NCBI GenBank assembly: GCA_041669265.1
Contig: JBAYBM010000003.1
Coordinates: 14,103 to 78,102, forward strand
DNA: 64,000 nt
DNA from: Bacilli bacterium
GTDB lineage: Bacteria > Bacillota_I > Bacilli_A > RFN20 > CAG-826
Direction of reading: 5' to 3'
A model generated the notes under the pieces. The model had not been told where the DNA came from. It searched no databases and saw only the letters and a program-made list of their open reading frames with translations. A program made the position numbers and the translations under genes. This document shows, one piece after another, positions 19,378-28,425 of this stretch (position 1 is its first letter; the number at the start of each line of letters is the position of its first letter).

Positions 19378-20925
19378 TTATCTAATAGTTCCATCACTGT
19401 TACGATGATCTTCTCTTAAGAATTCCATAAAGACATTACCTGTTACTGGAGTATAAGCATAAACATTAACTCCATTAGGACCATCTTCAATTTGAGCAAT
19501 AGTATTATCACCAAGAATAGTATTATAAATATTAGTAAAATTAACTACACCAGTATCACCTGAATTATCAAACATTTCAGATGGGTTAAATCCATTATTA
19601 ATATTAACTCCTATTTCTCCTATTAATCCTGTTTCAGATTCACTATTAATATAACTATATGTAGTAGAATCACTACTATTTAAATATATTCCACCCTTAT
19701 TCTGTTCATTATATACATATGAATTTAATACTGTTCCATCAGTATGGCCTACTAAATACCCTACATTATTCTTATGTGAATAATTAGTATATTTCTCATC
19801 TTCATCACTACTTAAATAATCTAAATATACTTTCATAGTTATAGTAGGAGTATCATTACTAATATTATTAAAGAATTTAACTAAATATGTAGATAATACT
19901 TTAGCATACGATATTGAATTAATAGATTTAGATGCAATTAAAGATATTCTAAAATCTAATTCTCCTTTATCGGTAGTAATAAAAGTATTGTTATTATCTG
20001 TATTATCTATTAAAGCATTGTAATCTATATCAATTGTATTATTAGTTTTATCTACTAATAAAATATTACTCGAAGTACTCTTAATATAAAATTTAGTAGA
20101 AGTATCAAAAGAAGTAGGGAAGGTAGCAGTAAAAGTTCCATCACTAATTTCCGTAGCATTAAAAGTATATGTCGAAGTACTCGTTAAATCATTATATAAG
20201 GTAGTATTATTAAATTTTAATATAGCATCATTTGCATAAATAGAATCAGTAACATCTTTACTTCCATCCGTTAATTCAGGATATAATTCTGCTAATGAAC
20301 TAGTATTATATCCATCGTTATATACTTTTAAATTAGAAAATAAACAATTCTCTACTTTAGCTCCTGAATCTACATAACCAAATACTCCTACATCTTCTGG
20401 AGAAGAATGGATTGTTAAACCTTTAATATTAATATTACTTCCATCATAGGTACCATAAAATGGAGTAGCTTCGTTACCAATAGATAATAATGTTTTAGAA
20501 TAATCACTCATATCTAGAGTAGTAGTATAAGAATTAGCAAGTACTCCATCATCAACTGTAGAATCACTTTTAAATACATATAAATTAGTATCAGTAGAAT
20601 CATTTTTAGTATTTAAAGGATATCCGATTTGGAAATGAGCTTTGCTGGAATCACTAAATAATCCTAAATTTTGTAATCTAGTAAGATTATAAAAATGAAT
20701 TGGTCTAGTAATAATATAAGGTTTAGTAGATGTACCATCACCAATATATCCATCACAATTATAGAAATATTCTCTTAATCCTATATCTCCACCTAAATCT
20801 AAATTCTCTTCTTTTGTTATTGAAGTATAGTAAGCATAAGTAACACTAGTTAATAAAGTAGTTAACGTTATTACAGGGAATAATCCTTTTAATAATATAT
20901 GTCTTAAAGTTAATATCTTCTTCAT
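19378..20925 (-). CDS. Secreted T/S/N/Y-rich protein with a TasA/camelysin-like signal peptide; probably the N-terminal 515 aa of a ~970-aa protein interrupted by an in-frame TAA
   Basis: N-terminus LRHILLKGLFPVITLTTLLTSVTYAYYTSITKEENLDLG; ends ...MEFLREDHRNSDGTIR then TAA. Confidence 0.55.
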   Translation of the reverse strand: MKKILTLRHILLKGLFPVITLTTLLTSVTYAYYTSITKEENLDLGGDIGLREYFYNCDGYIGDGTSTKPYIITRPIHFYNLTRLQNLGLFSDSSKAHFQIGYPLNTKNDSTDTNLYVFKSDSTVDDGVLANSYTTTLDMSDYSKTLLSIGNEATPFYGTYDGSNINIKGLTIHSSPEDVGVFGYVDSGAKVENCLFSNLKVYNDGYNTSSLAELYPELTDGSKDVTDSIYANDAILKFNNTTLYNDLTSTSTYTFNATEISDGTFTATFPTSFDTSTKFYIKSTSSNILLVDKTNNTIDIDYNALIDNTDNNNTFITTDKGELDFRISLIASKSINSISYAKVLSTYLVKFFNNISNDTPTITMKVYLDYLSSDEDEKYTNYSHKNNVGYLVGHTDGTVLNSYVYNEQNKGGIYLNSSDSTTYSYINSESETGLIGEIGVNINNGFNPSEMFDNSGDTGVVNFTNIYNTILGDNTIAQIEDGPNGVNVYAYTPVTGNVFMEFLREDHRNSDGTIR

Positions 20926-20926
20926 A

Positions 20927-21826
20927 TTAATTAACCTGTTCTGCTTCTATTATAAAAGCATAATCCATATATAATTTTAAAGGAGTAAATAAATCATCAT
21001 CTATATAAGAAGCTAAAGTAGTTTCGTTATATTCAATATTAAAATATATTTCAAAACTAGTAGTTTTATTCTTATTAAAGGAAGATATCTTCTCAGTTGG
21101 TGAATATATTATTACTTTATCAACTGGATCGGTATCAGTATAAAAATGAGTTTTAGTAGTACCCGATTTTTCCATACTTTTTAACTTTATAGAAAGTAGT
21201 TTCTTTAGTAGTATCATAAGTTGTATCTAAAGTTATATTTGCTAAATCAGTAGAAGTAATACTACAAAAATCTAAATAATTTGCAATACCAGCAGTATAT
21301 CCAGTAGGAATAGTAGAGGTTTTTCTATAGGTAGCAATATCAAAAGTATAATCACAATCTGCGGTAATAGAAAAAGACATTTTTAAGACTAAATTAGTCA
21401 TTAAATCAGTTAAATTAACAGAATCATTAATATATAAATATACTGGATCATATCTATTCATTTTTAAGGTATATCCATCTGTAGCATTTAAAGAATATTC
21501 ATTAACACTTCCACTATTATAATCATAATATAATCCACTATCATCTAAAGCGACAAAATCATATTTATATCCAGTAGTAGTTAAAGTATTTATTTTAATA
21601 TTCCCACTATCAGCATTAACTGTTTCATCTATTGTTTTTTAGATATAAACGAGGCATAAGTAGTAACTCCAAGGGAGACACTAACAAAACAAACATTCAA
21701 AAGAAGTATTAAGCCATTCCTTAATATTTTGTTTTTAAAAATCTCGCTAAGTACCTCTTTTAAATTCACAATACTCCTTAAAAAATAATTGTTTTTCTTT
21801 TTCTCCCAAAATAAAAAAACAATCAA
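20927..21826 (-). pseudogene. Third TasA-signal protein gene, broken into three ORF fragments (21629..21826, 21153..21461, 20927..21217) by two compensating frameshifts
   Basis: Fragment 1 LLLNVCFVSVSLGVTTYASFISKKQ* ends at an A6 run (T6 at 21635-21640 on the plus strand); one extra A would read ...SFISKKTIDETVNADSGNIKINTLTTTGYKYDF... into the 21153..21461 frame. Fragments 1 and 3 share a frame. The second shift lies in 21153-21227, which holds two A5 runs. Confidence 0.5.
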
Positions 21827-21944
21827 CGAAATAATTATAAATTATTTTTTGTGCTGTGTATATAAATTATGTCTTTTATAGACATAAAAAATAAACAAAT
21901 ATCTATGATATGTTTAAAAATTAACTTAATTATTTAGTAAATAC

Positions 21945-22298
21945 TTAAATATCTTTTTCTATTTTAATGATATTTAAGGCTGCAGTACAAGCTGGACAAT
22001 CGCAATACTTATTTCCTTTAGCAAGTAATTCATTAGCATGTTTTTTAAATTTATTGGCTTCTTCTTCTCCAAACATAGTTAAACATTCTTTAGAATTAGC
22101 AAATTTTAAAAGATCTTCTATAGGTTCAACATCTTCTTTTAATTCCTTTATAAGTTCTTTAGCAATTTCATCTTCTTCTTTACTACCTTCATGAATAAGC
22201 CATCTTTTACAAACATCTTTAGCTTCATTACATGCAAAACTTACTTTTAATAATTCTTTACATTCTTTTTCTATATATTTTCTTGTTTCTACTTTCAT
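21945..22298 (-). CDS. Small Cys-containing hypothetical protein (117 aa), unknown function
   Basis: Cys pattern C..C (CNEAKDVC), KECLTMFG, YCDCPAC; no recognisable domain from sequence alone. Confidence 0.35.
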   Translation of the reverse strand: MKVETRKYIEKECKELLKVSFACNEAKDVCKRWLIHEGSKEEDEIAKELIKELKEDVEPIEDLLKFANSKECLTMFGEEEANKFKKHANELLAKGNKYCDCPACTAALNIIKIEKDI

Positions 22299-22341
22299 AA
22301 ATAACTCCTAGTAATATTATTATAACTTTCTAAATGATAAT

Positions 22342-22377
22342 AAAAAAGAAAAGAGGAATTTAAGGGCCCTCTTTTCC
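22342..22377 (-). terminator. Rho-independent terminator for the 22466..23455 gene (minus-strand RNA GAAAAGAGG-GCCCUUAAAUU-CCUCUUUUC then UUUUUU)
   Basis: 9-bp stem, 11-nt loop and T6 tract read directly. Confidence 0.6.
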
Positions 22378-22465
22378 TAGTAATAATATCAATGCCGGAG
22401 AGGCATATGGATTATCTTTTTTTATACTACATTATTGTATATAAATGCTACAAAAATAAATTTAC

Positions 22466-23455
22466 TTAATAATTTAGTTCGATACCATCGAAACTTTCAT
22501 TTCCTGTTTCGCTATATCCTACTAAACATTTCTTTTTAAAGAACTCTAAAACATCAACATCTTTACTTTCATCATCAAAATATTTTCCTAATAATTCTTT
22601 ATATTCTTGCATATCTATTGTTTTAACTAAAATTAAACATTTACAATTTTTTAATAAATAACTATTAGCAGCTATCAAAGCTGCTACATCGTTATTTTTA
22701 GAAAATATCTTACTACGGGCAAAATATAATATTAAATCTACTGCTCTTTCAAAAGGTGGTTTATTCTCTCTATATATTAAATTAACTATACCTTCAGTAT
22801 TAGGAGCGTATGGTTTAGGTGGAACATAATGAGAATTTGGTAAAATACCGATATTTTCTTCTCTTTCTTTATCAGAATTAGTATCTATTCCTTCTCCTAA
22901 TAGAGTTGTTAAATAAGAAACAAATACATAATCTGGTTTAGTATATGTAATATCTACATCAAATATAAAATCATATGCTAAAAAGGTATTAAATACTCTT
23001 CTTTTTTCAAGAGGCACTTTTATAGTCTTATCTCTTGGAGTATAAATAATATCTTCAATCTCTTTAATAGAATAATCTAAACCCATATAACATAAAGAAC
23101 TTTGAACAAATTCAAAAATAAGATTTAAAGAATATTCAACATTTCTAAATATATTATTATTATAAGGTTTTTCCTGAACACCATAATCTTTCAGTTCCAT
23201 ATTAATCATATCTAAATCTTTAGAAAGAGCTTCATATAGTTCACTTTGATCAACTACTTCTTTATATAATTCTTTAGTGTAAGGACCAGCTAAAGTTAGA
23301 TACTTCTTCTTATCTACTACATTCTGTAAATAGATATTCTTTATCTTTTTTTCTCTTTTAATAACAGGCTTGCCAAAATATTTAATTCTTGAAATATAAT
23401 CTAAAACAAAACTTTTATCTCTTAAACAACGAAATATTGGTTCTAGTGTGTCCAC
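22466..23455 (-). CDS. Hypothetical cytoplasmic protein (329 aa), no confident domain call
   Basis: Long ORF, no signal peptide; does not match any family I can name from the sequence. Confidence 0.4.
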   Translation of the reverse strand: MDTLEPIFRCLRDKSFVLDYISRIKYFGKPVIKREKKIKNIYLQNVVDKKKYLTLAGPYTKELYKEVVDQSELYEALSKDLDMINMELKDYGVQEKPYNNNIFRNVEYSLNLIFEFVQSSLCYMGLDYSIKEIEDIIYTPRDKTIKVPLEKRRVFNTFLAYDFIFDVDITYTKPDYVFVSYLTTLLGEGIDTNSDKEREENIGILPNSHYVPPKPYAPNTEGIVNLIYRENKPPFERAVDLILYFARSKIFSKNNDVAALIAANSYLLKNCKCLILVKTIDMQEYKELLGKYFDDESKDVDVLEFFKKKCLVGYSETGNESFDGIELNY

Positions 23456-23559
23456 GGGTAGTTCTCCTAAAAATATGTAAGTCAGTATATATAATTAAGC
23501 CATAAAAAAATTATTAAAGATACTACTTTTTAAAATATTTTACGAAATTATTTCTTAAA

Positions 23560-25902
23560 TTATGAAATTTGAGCGAAAGTTTTAGTATTAGAATCGAAAA
23601 CAGAAATGAATTTATAGGAATTACCACCTATATCTCCACCACATAAATAAACACTCGTACCTACAGAAGCACAAGCTATACTATATCTTGGGCTAATTGT
23701 TAAATCAACTAAAGTAAGTCTATCATTTTGTGTATTAAAATCATATATTGTATCAACTACACCAGACCCATCATAACCACCAAAAATATAAATATGAGTC
23801 CCTACGACGGCATTACTATGATTATATAAACTTAAAGTAGGAGTAGTTAAAACTTCTTCAGTAACTACATCACTCACAAATGAATATACTTTGATTTCAT
23901 TTATAATGCTACTTGCTCCATGACCACCAAAAACATAGAATTTACCATTAACAGCAGAACTTGACATTTGCTCTCCTGCTGTAGACATGACTGTATCATT
24001 AGTAACTTTTTCAATAGAAAAATCCTCGTTAACTTTAAAACGTTGTATTGTATTTAATTTTACAGAGCCATCATAACCACCAAATAATAATATATCAGTA
24101 CCATAAATAGATGCAGTAGCATTATATGCAGCAACATTCATAGTAACTCCTGTATCACTTAATGTCTTAGTTTCAGTATTAAAGTCATATATTGTATTAA
24201 GACAAACAGAATCAGAATTACCGCCAAATATATAAATATGGGTTTTATAAGCAACACTAGAAGGCTTATACATTGGAACAGGAAGAGTTGCATCTAATTT
24301 AGTGAGAGTCCCTGTAATTGAGTTTATATCATATATTGTATCTAATTTATGTCCAAGACTATCTTTTTTTCCACCAAATACATAAACATGGTTTCCAACA
24401 GATTCACAAGCAGCCTTAGAAACTTTAGTTTCAAAGTCATCAACAATAGGTAAGACAGTAAAATTAGCTTGAACTATAAATCCATTTTCAATCATTGTTG
24501 TATTATATTCAAAATATTCATCTTCATTATAAGTAACTTTATCATCTCCAGTTACTCCATCATATTTTTCTACATTATTAATTAATACATTCTTTAAACT
24601 ATATCCAGCATCTGGATAAAATTTAAAAGATATAGCGTCACCTACAAGGGCACTTCCTAAACTAGGAACTACATAACCATGTTCACTTGGAAGAATAGTA
24701 GAAGCATAGGCAGTTTTTCCATCTTCTCCATCTGTTCCATCGGCTCCAGGATTACCTTGAGGTCCTTGAGGACCAATAGGTCCTGTAAAACCAGTACCCC
24801 CTTTAAAGTTACCTTTATTTACCCAAGTATCACTTTCTTTTACATAATAATCCCATGTAGAAGTATTAATATAAGAATCTCCATTTTTACCTAATGTATC
24901 TGAAGGTATTGTAGTACCAGTTAAAACGCTAGATCCATCACTACCTTTAATATTACCTTTAGCAGTACCCCAAGTTCCACTTGCTTTTACATAATAATCC
25001 CAAGTTGAAGTATTTATATAAGAATCTCCATCTTTACCTAATGTATCTGAAGGTATTGTAGTACCTGTTAAAACACTAGCTCCATCAGCTCCTTTTAGAT
25101 TAATAACTTTACTTCCCCAACCACTAGAAGTTTTAATATAAAAATCCCAGTTAGAAGTATCAATATAAGAATCACCTATATTACCTAAAGTTGAAGCAGG
25201 TATTCCACTTCCAGTTCTTAAAGAGAAACCATCAGCACCTTTAATTTTTCCTAAGCTGTCTCCCCAACCAGAACTTGTTTTAATATAGAAATCCCAAGTT
25301 GAAGTATCAACATATGAATCACCTATATTTCCTAACGTAGAAGCAGGTATTCCACTTCCAGTTAAGAAAGATTTTCCATCTTCTCCAGCAGCTCCAACAG
25401 CACCTACGGCTCCTGTGGCTCCTGTTGATCCATCACTTCCTGAACTTCCTTTAAAACTACCTTTATTAACCCATGTTCCATTTTCTTTAACATAATATAC
25501 CCATTTTGTTAAATCAATATAGGAATCATTATCATTTCCTAAAGATGTATCTGGAGTGCCTTTACCTGTAAGAATAGAAGTTCCATTCTTACCAGCTTCA
25601 CCAACACTACTATCACCTTTAATATTACCAACCTTAGTCCATACATCATCACCTTTAATATAAAAGTCCCAAGTAGAAATATTAATATAAGAATCTCCAT
25701 TACTACCTAAACTTGTAAGTGGTACATCAGTACCTGTTAAAACTGAATAGCCGTTTAAACCATTAATGCCATCAGTTCCATCTACCCCATCAGTTCCATC
25801 AACACATTGATTTTCTGTGTTTCCACAAGAAATTAAACTAGTAGGAAGTACTAAGAGAATACTTAATAAACTTGCTGCTTTAAAAAAATTATGTTTTTTC
25901 AT
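23560..25902 (-). CDS. Mosaic surface lipoprotein: collagen-like Gly-X-Y runs, eight tandem ~60-aa modules, a Listeria-Bacteroides-type repeat and a C-terminal Kelch beta-propeller
   Basis: Lipobox LPTSLISCG. GXY runs DGTDGVDGTDGINGLNG, GSSGSDGSTGATGAVGAVGAAGEDGKS, GPIGPQGPQGNPGADGTDGEDGKT. Eight modules of the LTG.G.P...LG..GDSY..TSTWD.Y.K form. Kelch-like VYVFGG, IYIFGG, ILLFGGYDGS, FYVFGGHGAS, IYIFGGYDGSG, VYLCGG. Confidence 0.7.
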   Translation of the reverse strand: MKKHNFFKAASLLSILLVLPTSLISCGNTENQCVDGTDGVDGTDGINGLNGYSVLTGTDVPLTSLGSNGDSYINISTWDFYIKGDDVWTKVGNIKGDSSVGEAGKNGTSILTGKGTPDTSLGNDNDSYIDLTKWVYYVKENGTWVNKGSFKGSSGSDGSTGATGAVGAVGAAGEDGKSFLTGSGIPASTLGNIGDSYVDTSTWDFYIKTSSGWGDSLGKIKGADGFSLRTGSGIPASTLGNIGDSYIDTSNWDFYIKTSSGWGSKVINLKGADGASVLTGTTIPSDTLGKDGDSYINTSTWDYYVKASGTWGTAKGNIKGSDGSSVLTGTTIPSDTLGKNGDSYINTSTWDYYVKESDTWVNKGNFKGGTGFTGPIGPQGPQGNPGADGTDGEDGKTAYASTILPSEHGYVVPSLGSALVGDAISFKFYPDAGYSLKNVLINNVEKYDGVTGDDKVTYNEDEYFEYNTTMIENGFIVQANFTVLPIVDDFETKVSKAACESVGNHVYVFGGKKDSLGHKLDTIYDINSITGTLTKLDATLPVPMYKPSSVAYKTHIYIFGGNSDSVCLNTIYDFNTETKTLSDTGVTMNVAAYNATASIYGTDILLFGGYDGSVKLNTIQRFKVNEDFSIEKVTNDTVMSTAGEQMSSSAVNGKFYVFGGHGASSIINEIKVYSFVSDVVTEEVLTTPTLSLYNHSNAVVGTHIYIFGGYDGSGVVDTIYDFNTQNDRLTLVDLTISPRYSIACASVGTSVYLCGGDIGGNSYKFISVFDSNTKTFAQIS
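24810..25750. repeat. Intragenic tandem DNA repeats (~180 bp x ~8) encoding the 60-aa modules of the lipoprotein
   Basis: Recurring blocks such as ccaagttgaagtat.aa.atatgaatc / tctgaaggtattgtagtacc visible on the plus strand; boundaries approximate. Confidence 0.55.
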
Positions 25903-26091
25903 ATGATATATCCCTCTTATTACATTATAGTTGTAAAAAATAAATATTAAAGAATTTAATTCCAGTCAGCTGACCTATAATCTTAAGTGTTCAGTTTAAT
26001 TAGTGCGACAAAATAGTCGCCCTTTTCTTTTGGACTTTTTAAAAAGGGGTACAAAAGGGATATTTCACGGGGTACTTTTCGTTTCGATAAT

Positions 26092-26117
26092 TAAAAAAAT
26101 GAGCACTGTTTGCTCAT
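26092..26117 (-). terminator. Hairpin ATGAGCA-CTGTT-TGCTCAT followed on the minus strand by a U7 tract; second terminator downstream of rplQ
   Basis: Read directly; A7 at 26093-26099 on the plus strand. Confidence 0.45.
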
Positions 26118-26162
26118 TATTTCAATTTCTGGCGGAGAAGGAGGGAATTCCTTCTAATCAAA

Positions 26163-26193
26163 CCAAACAAAAAGGATTGGTTTTCACCAATCC
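26163..26193 (-). terminator. Rho-independent terminator of the ribosomal/rpoA/rplQ transcript (GGAUUGGU-GAAA-ACCAAUCC then UUUUUGUUUGG)
   Basis: 8-bp stem and T-rich tail ~25 nt after the rplQ stop. Confidence 0.6.
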
Positions 26194-26214
26194 TATTTAG
26201 TACAAATGTAATTA

Positions 26215-26610
26215 TTAGTCTGCTAAAGTTAATAATCTCATAGGAGCGTTGTCGCCCTTACGACTTTGAACTTTATAAACCTTTAAATAGCCACCATTTC
26301 TTTTTTCAAATCTCTTATTGAGTTCAGTAAATAACTTTTTAAAAGCATCTGGTTGACCCTCAATATTATAATTTCTTAAGACTGATAAAGCTAATCTCTT
26401 ACTATGTAAGTCACCCTTCTTTGCTAAAGTAACAAGGTGATCAAATTCTTTAACGACGTCTTTGACCATACTTCTAGTAACAGTAACTTTTTCAAATATA
26501 ACGAGTTCTGTAACTAAATTTCTTACTTGGGCTTTTTGTTTAGAAGAGGTATAAGGAGTTTTAAAACGAACACCACCCTTACCATGTACATTCTTTCTTC
26601 CGATTTGCAT
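26215..26610 (-). CDS. rplQ: 50S ribosomal protein L17
   Basis: MQIGRKNVHGKGGVRFKTPYTSSKQKAQVRNLVTEL... is a conserved L17 N-terminus. Confidence 0.95.
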   Translation of the reverse strand: MQIGRKNVHGKGGVRFKTPYTSSKQKAQVRNLVTELVIFEKVTVTRSMVKDVVKEFDHLVTLAKKGDLHSKRLALSVLRNYNIEGQPDAFKKLFTELNKRFEKRNGGYLKVYKVQSRKGDNAPMRLLTLAD

Positions 26611-26628
26611 GTTACTTATCTCCTACTT

Positions 26629-27609
26629 TTATTCATCTTTAGTATCTTTGAAATGTAATCCCATTGAAGTTAATTTATCTTTAACTTCTTTTAAGGATTT
26701 CTTTCCAAGATTTCTAACTTTCATCATTTCGCCTTCACTCTTCTCAATTAATTCTCCAACGGTAGAAATACCAGCTCTCTTAAGACAGTTACTACTTCTA
26801 ACACTGAAATCGAGTTCTTCAATTGATTTATCATCAAATGTCTTCTCTTTTTCAACTTCTGGAGCCTTGACAAGATCAAGGTTATTAAATTTATCTTCAA
26901 GATTCTCGAAATCATTAAAATAATTCATTAAGATACGAGCACTTAAAGAAATTGCGTCAATAGGTGCAATTGAACCATTTGTCCAAACCTCTAATGTTAA
27001 TTTATCATAACGTGAATCATGACCAACACGGGTAGGTTCAACTTTATAATTAACTCTAACAACAGGAGAATAGTTACTATCGGTAGCAATACTATGAACA
27101 GGAAGTTCGTAGCCTTTGTTTTCTTCACTAGTAGCAAATCCTCTACCATTACGAATGTGTAATGTCATCTTAAGATGACCACCTTCGCTAATGTGAGCAA
27201 TTACTAAATCTTTGTTGACAATAGAAATTCCAGTTGGAGTAATAATATCTCCACCCTTTAATTCATGTGGTCCTTTAACATCTACATCTACAACATAGTC
27301 TTGTTCACCAATATCGTCTGATTTAATTACTAAATCTTTAAGATTTAAGATAATTTGAGTTAAATCTTCTTCAACTCCATCAAGGGCGGTATATTCATGA
27401 ACTGCGCCTTCTACTTCAACAGCATAAACGCTTGTTCCTGGTAATGCACTAAGAAGTACTCTTCTTAAAGCATTTCCTATAGTTAATCCAAATCCTCTTT
27501 CGAGTGGTTCGCAAACAACTTTAGCATAATTTTCAGTTTCACTTTCAAAAGCTAACTTATAATTACACTTCTCAAATGGGTGAGCAATTTTAACAGTTTC
27601 TTCGGCCAT
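26629..27609 (-). CDS. rpoA: DNA-directed RNA polymerase alpha subunit
   Basis: 326 aa; N-terminal dimerisation domain and C-terminal CTD (VRSSNCLKRAGISTVGELI). Confidence 0.95.
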   Translation of the reverse strand: MAEETVKIAHPFEKCNYKLAFESETENYAKVVCEPLERGFGLTIGNALRRVLLSALPGTSVYAVEVEGAVHEYTALDGVEEDLTQIILNLKDLVIKSDDIGEQDYVVDVDVKGPHELKGGDIITPTGISIVNKDLVIAHISEGGHLKMTLHIRNGRGFATSEENKGYELPVHSIATDSNYSPVVRVNYKVEPTRVGHDSRYDKLTLEVWTNGSIAPIDAISLSARILMNYFNDFENLEDKFNNLDLVKAPEVEKEKTFDDKSIEELDFSVRSSNCLKRAGISTVGELIEKSEGEMMKVRNLGKKSLKEVKDKLTSMGLHFKDTKDE

Positions 27610-27629
27610 GTTTTATATCCTCCTAAATA

Positions 27630-28019
27630 TTAACCACGAGGTCTCTTTGGTGGACGGCATCCATTATGTGGGACTGGTGTAGAATCAACAATTGAAGTAA
27701 TCTTTAAACCGCTAGTTTCAAGTGCTCTAATAGCACCTTCTCTACCAGCTCCTGGACCTTTAACATCGACATCAACAGTCTTAATACCTTGTTCAACAGC
27801 AAGTTTTCCAGCAGCTTCTGCGGCTTGTTGAGCTGCATATGGAGTGGACTTCTTTGCTCCCTTATAACCTAATACTCCAGTAGAACTCCAAGCAATAACA
27901 TTTCCTGCTTCATCAGTAATTGTGATGATAGTGTTATTAAATGTTGCATGAATGTGAGCAATACCTTTTGTAAAGGTTCTCTTAATTTTCTTTTTACGGG
28001 TAGTTTGTTTTTGTGCCAT
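27630..28019 (-). CDS. rpsK: 30S ribosomal protein S11
   Basis: [30 protein letters not shown]. Confidence 0.95.
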   Translation of the reverse strand: MAQKQTTRKKKIKRTFTKGIAHIHATFNNTIITITDEAGNVIAWSSTGVLGYKGAKKSTPYAAQQAAEAAGKLAVEQGIKTVDVDVKGPGAGREGAIRALETSGLKITSIVDSTPVPHNGCRPPKRPRG

Positions 28020-28032
28020 ATTACTCTACCTC

Positions 28033-28407
28033 CTATTTGACAGCTTCCTTCTTATTTGCAATGGTCTTACGTGGACCTTTACAAGTACGAGCATTGGTCT
28101 TTGTTTTTTGGCCTCTGCATGGGAGCCCCTTTCTATGTCTAATACCACGATAACAACCAATTTCTTCTAATCGTTTAATATTAAGCATAACTTCTCTACG
28201 TAAATCACCTTCTACTTTATGATGAGTAATTTGTGATCTAATAGCAGATAATTCTTCTTCACTTAATTCTTTAACTCTTTTTTGTGGATCAACTTTAGCT
28301 TTAGCACAGATGTCCTTAGCTAAAGAGTTGCCAATTCCATAAATGTATGTAAGTGAAATTACAATACATTTCTCATTTGGAATATCAACACCTACAATAC
28401 GTGCCAT
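28033..28407 (-). CDS. rpsM: 30S ribosomal protein S13
   Basis: [13 protein letters not shown]...[23 protein letters not shown]. Confidence 0.95.
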   Translation of the reverse strand: MARIVGVDIPNEKCIVISLTYIYGIGNSLAKDICAKAKVDPQKRVKELSEEELSAIRSQITHHKVEGDLRREVMLNIKRLEEIGCYRGIRHRKGLPCRGQKTKTNARTCKGPRKTIANKKEAVK

Positions 28408-28425
28408 ATTTTTAACTCCTTAAAA

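Noticed and set aside
22466-23455. Fic/Doc-type toxin assignment for the 329-aa hypothetical protein
   Set aside because: The diagnostic HPFx[DE]GNGR motif is absent. There is only a vague resemblance in one helix-like segment.
26003-26200. 65-aa plus-strand ORF in the rplQ downstream spacer
   Set aside because: It spans two terminator hairpins, has no RBS, and has a composition dictated by GC-rich stem sequences. It is more likely non-coding.
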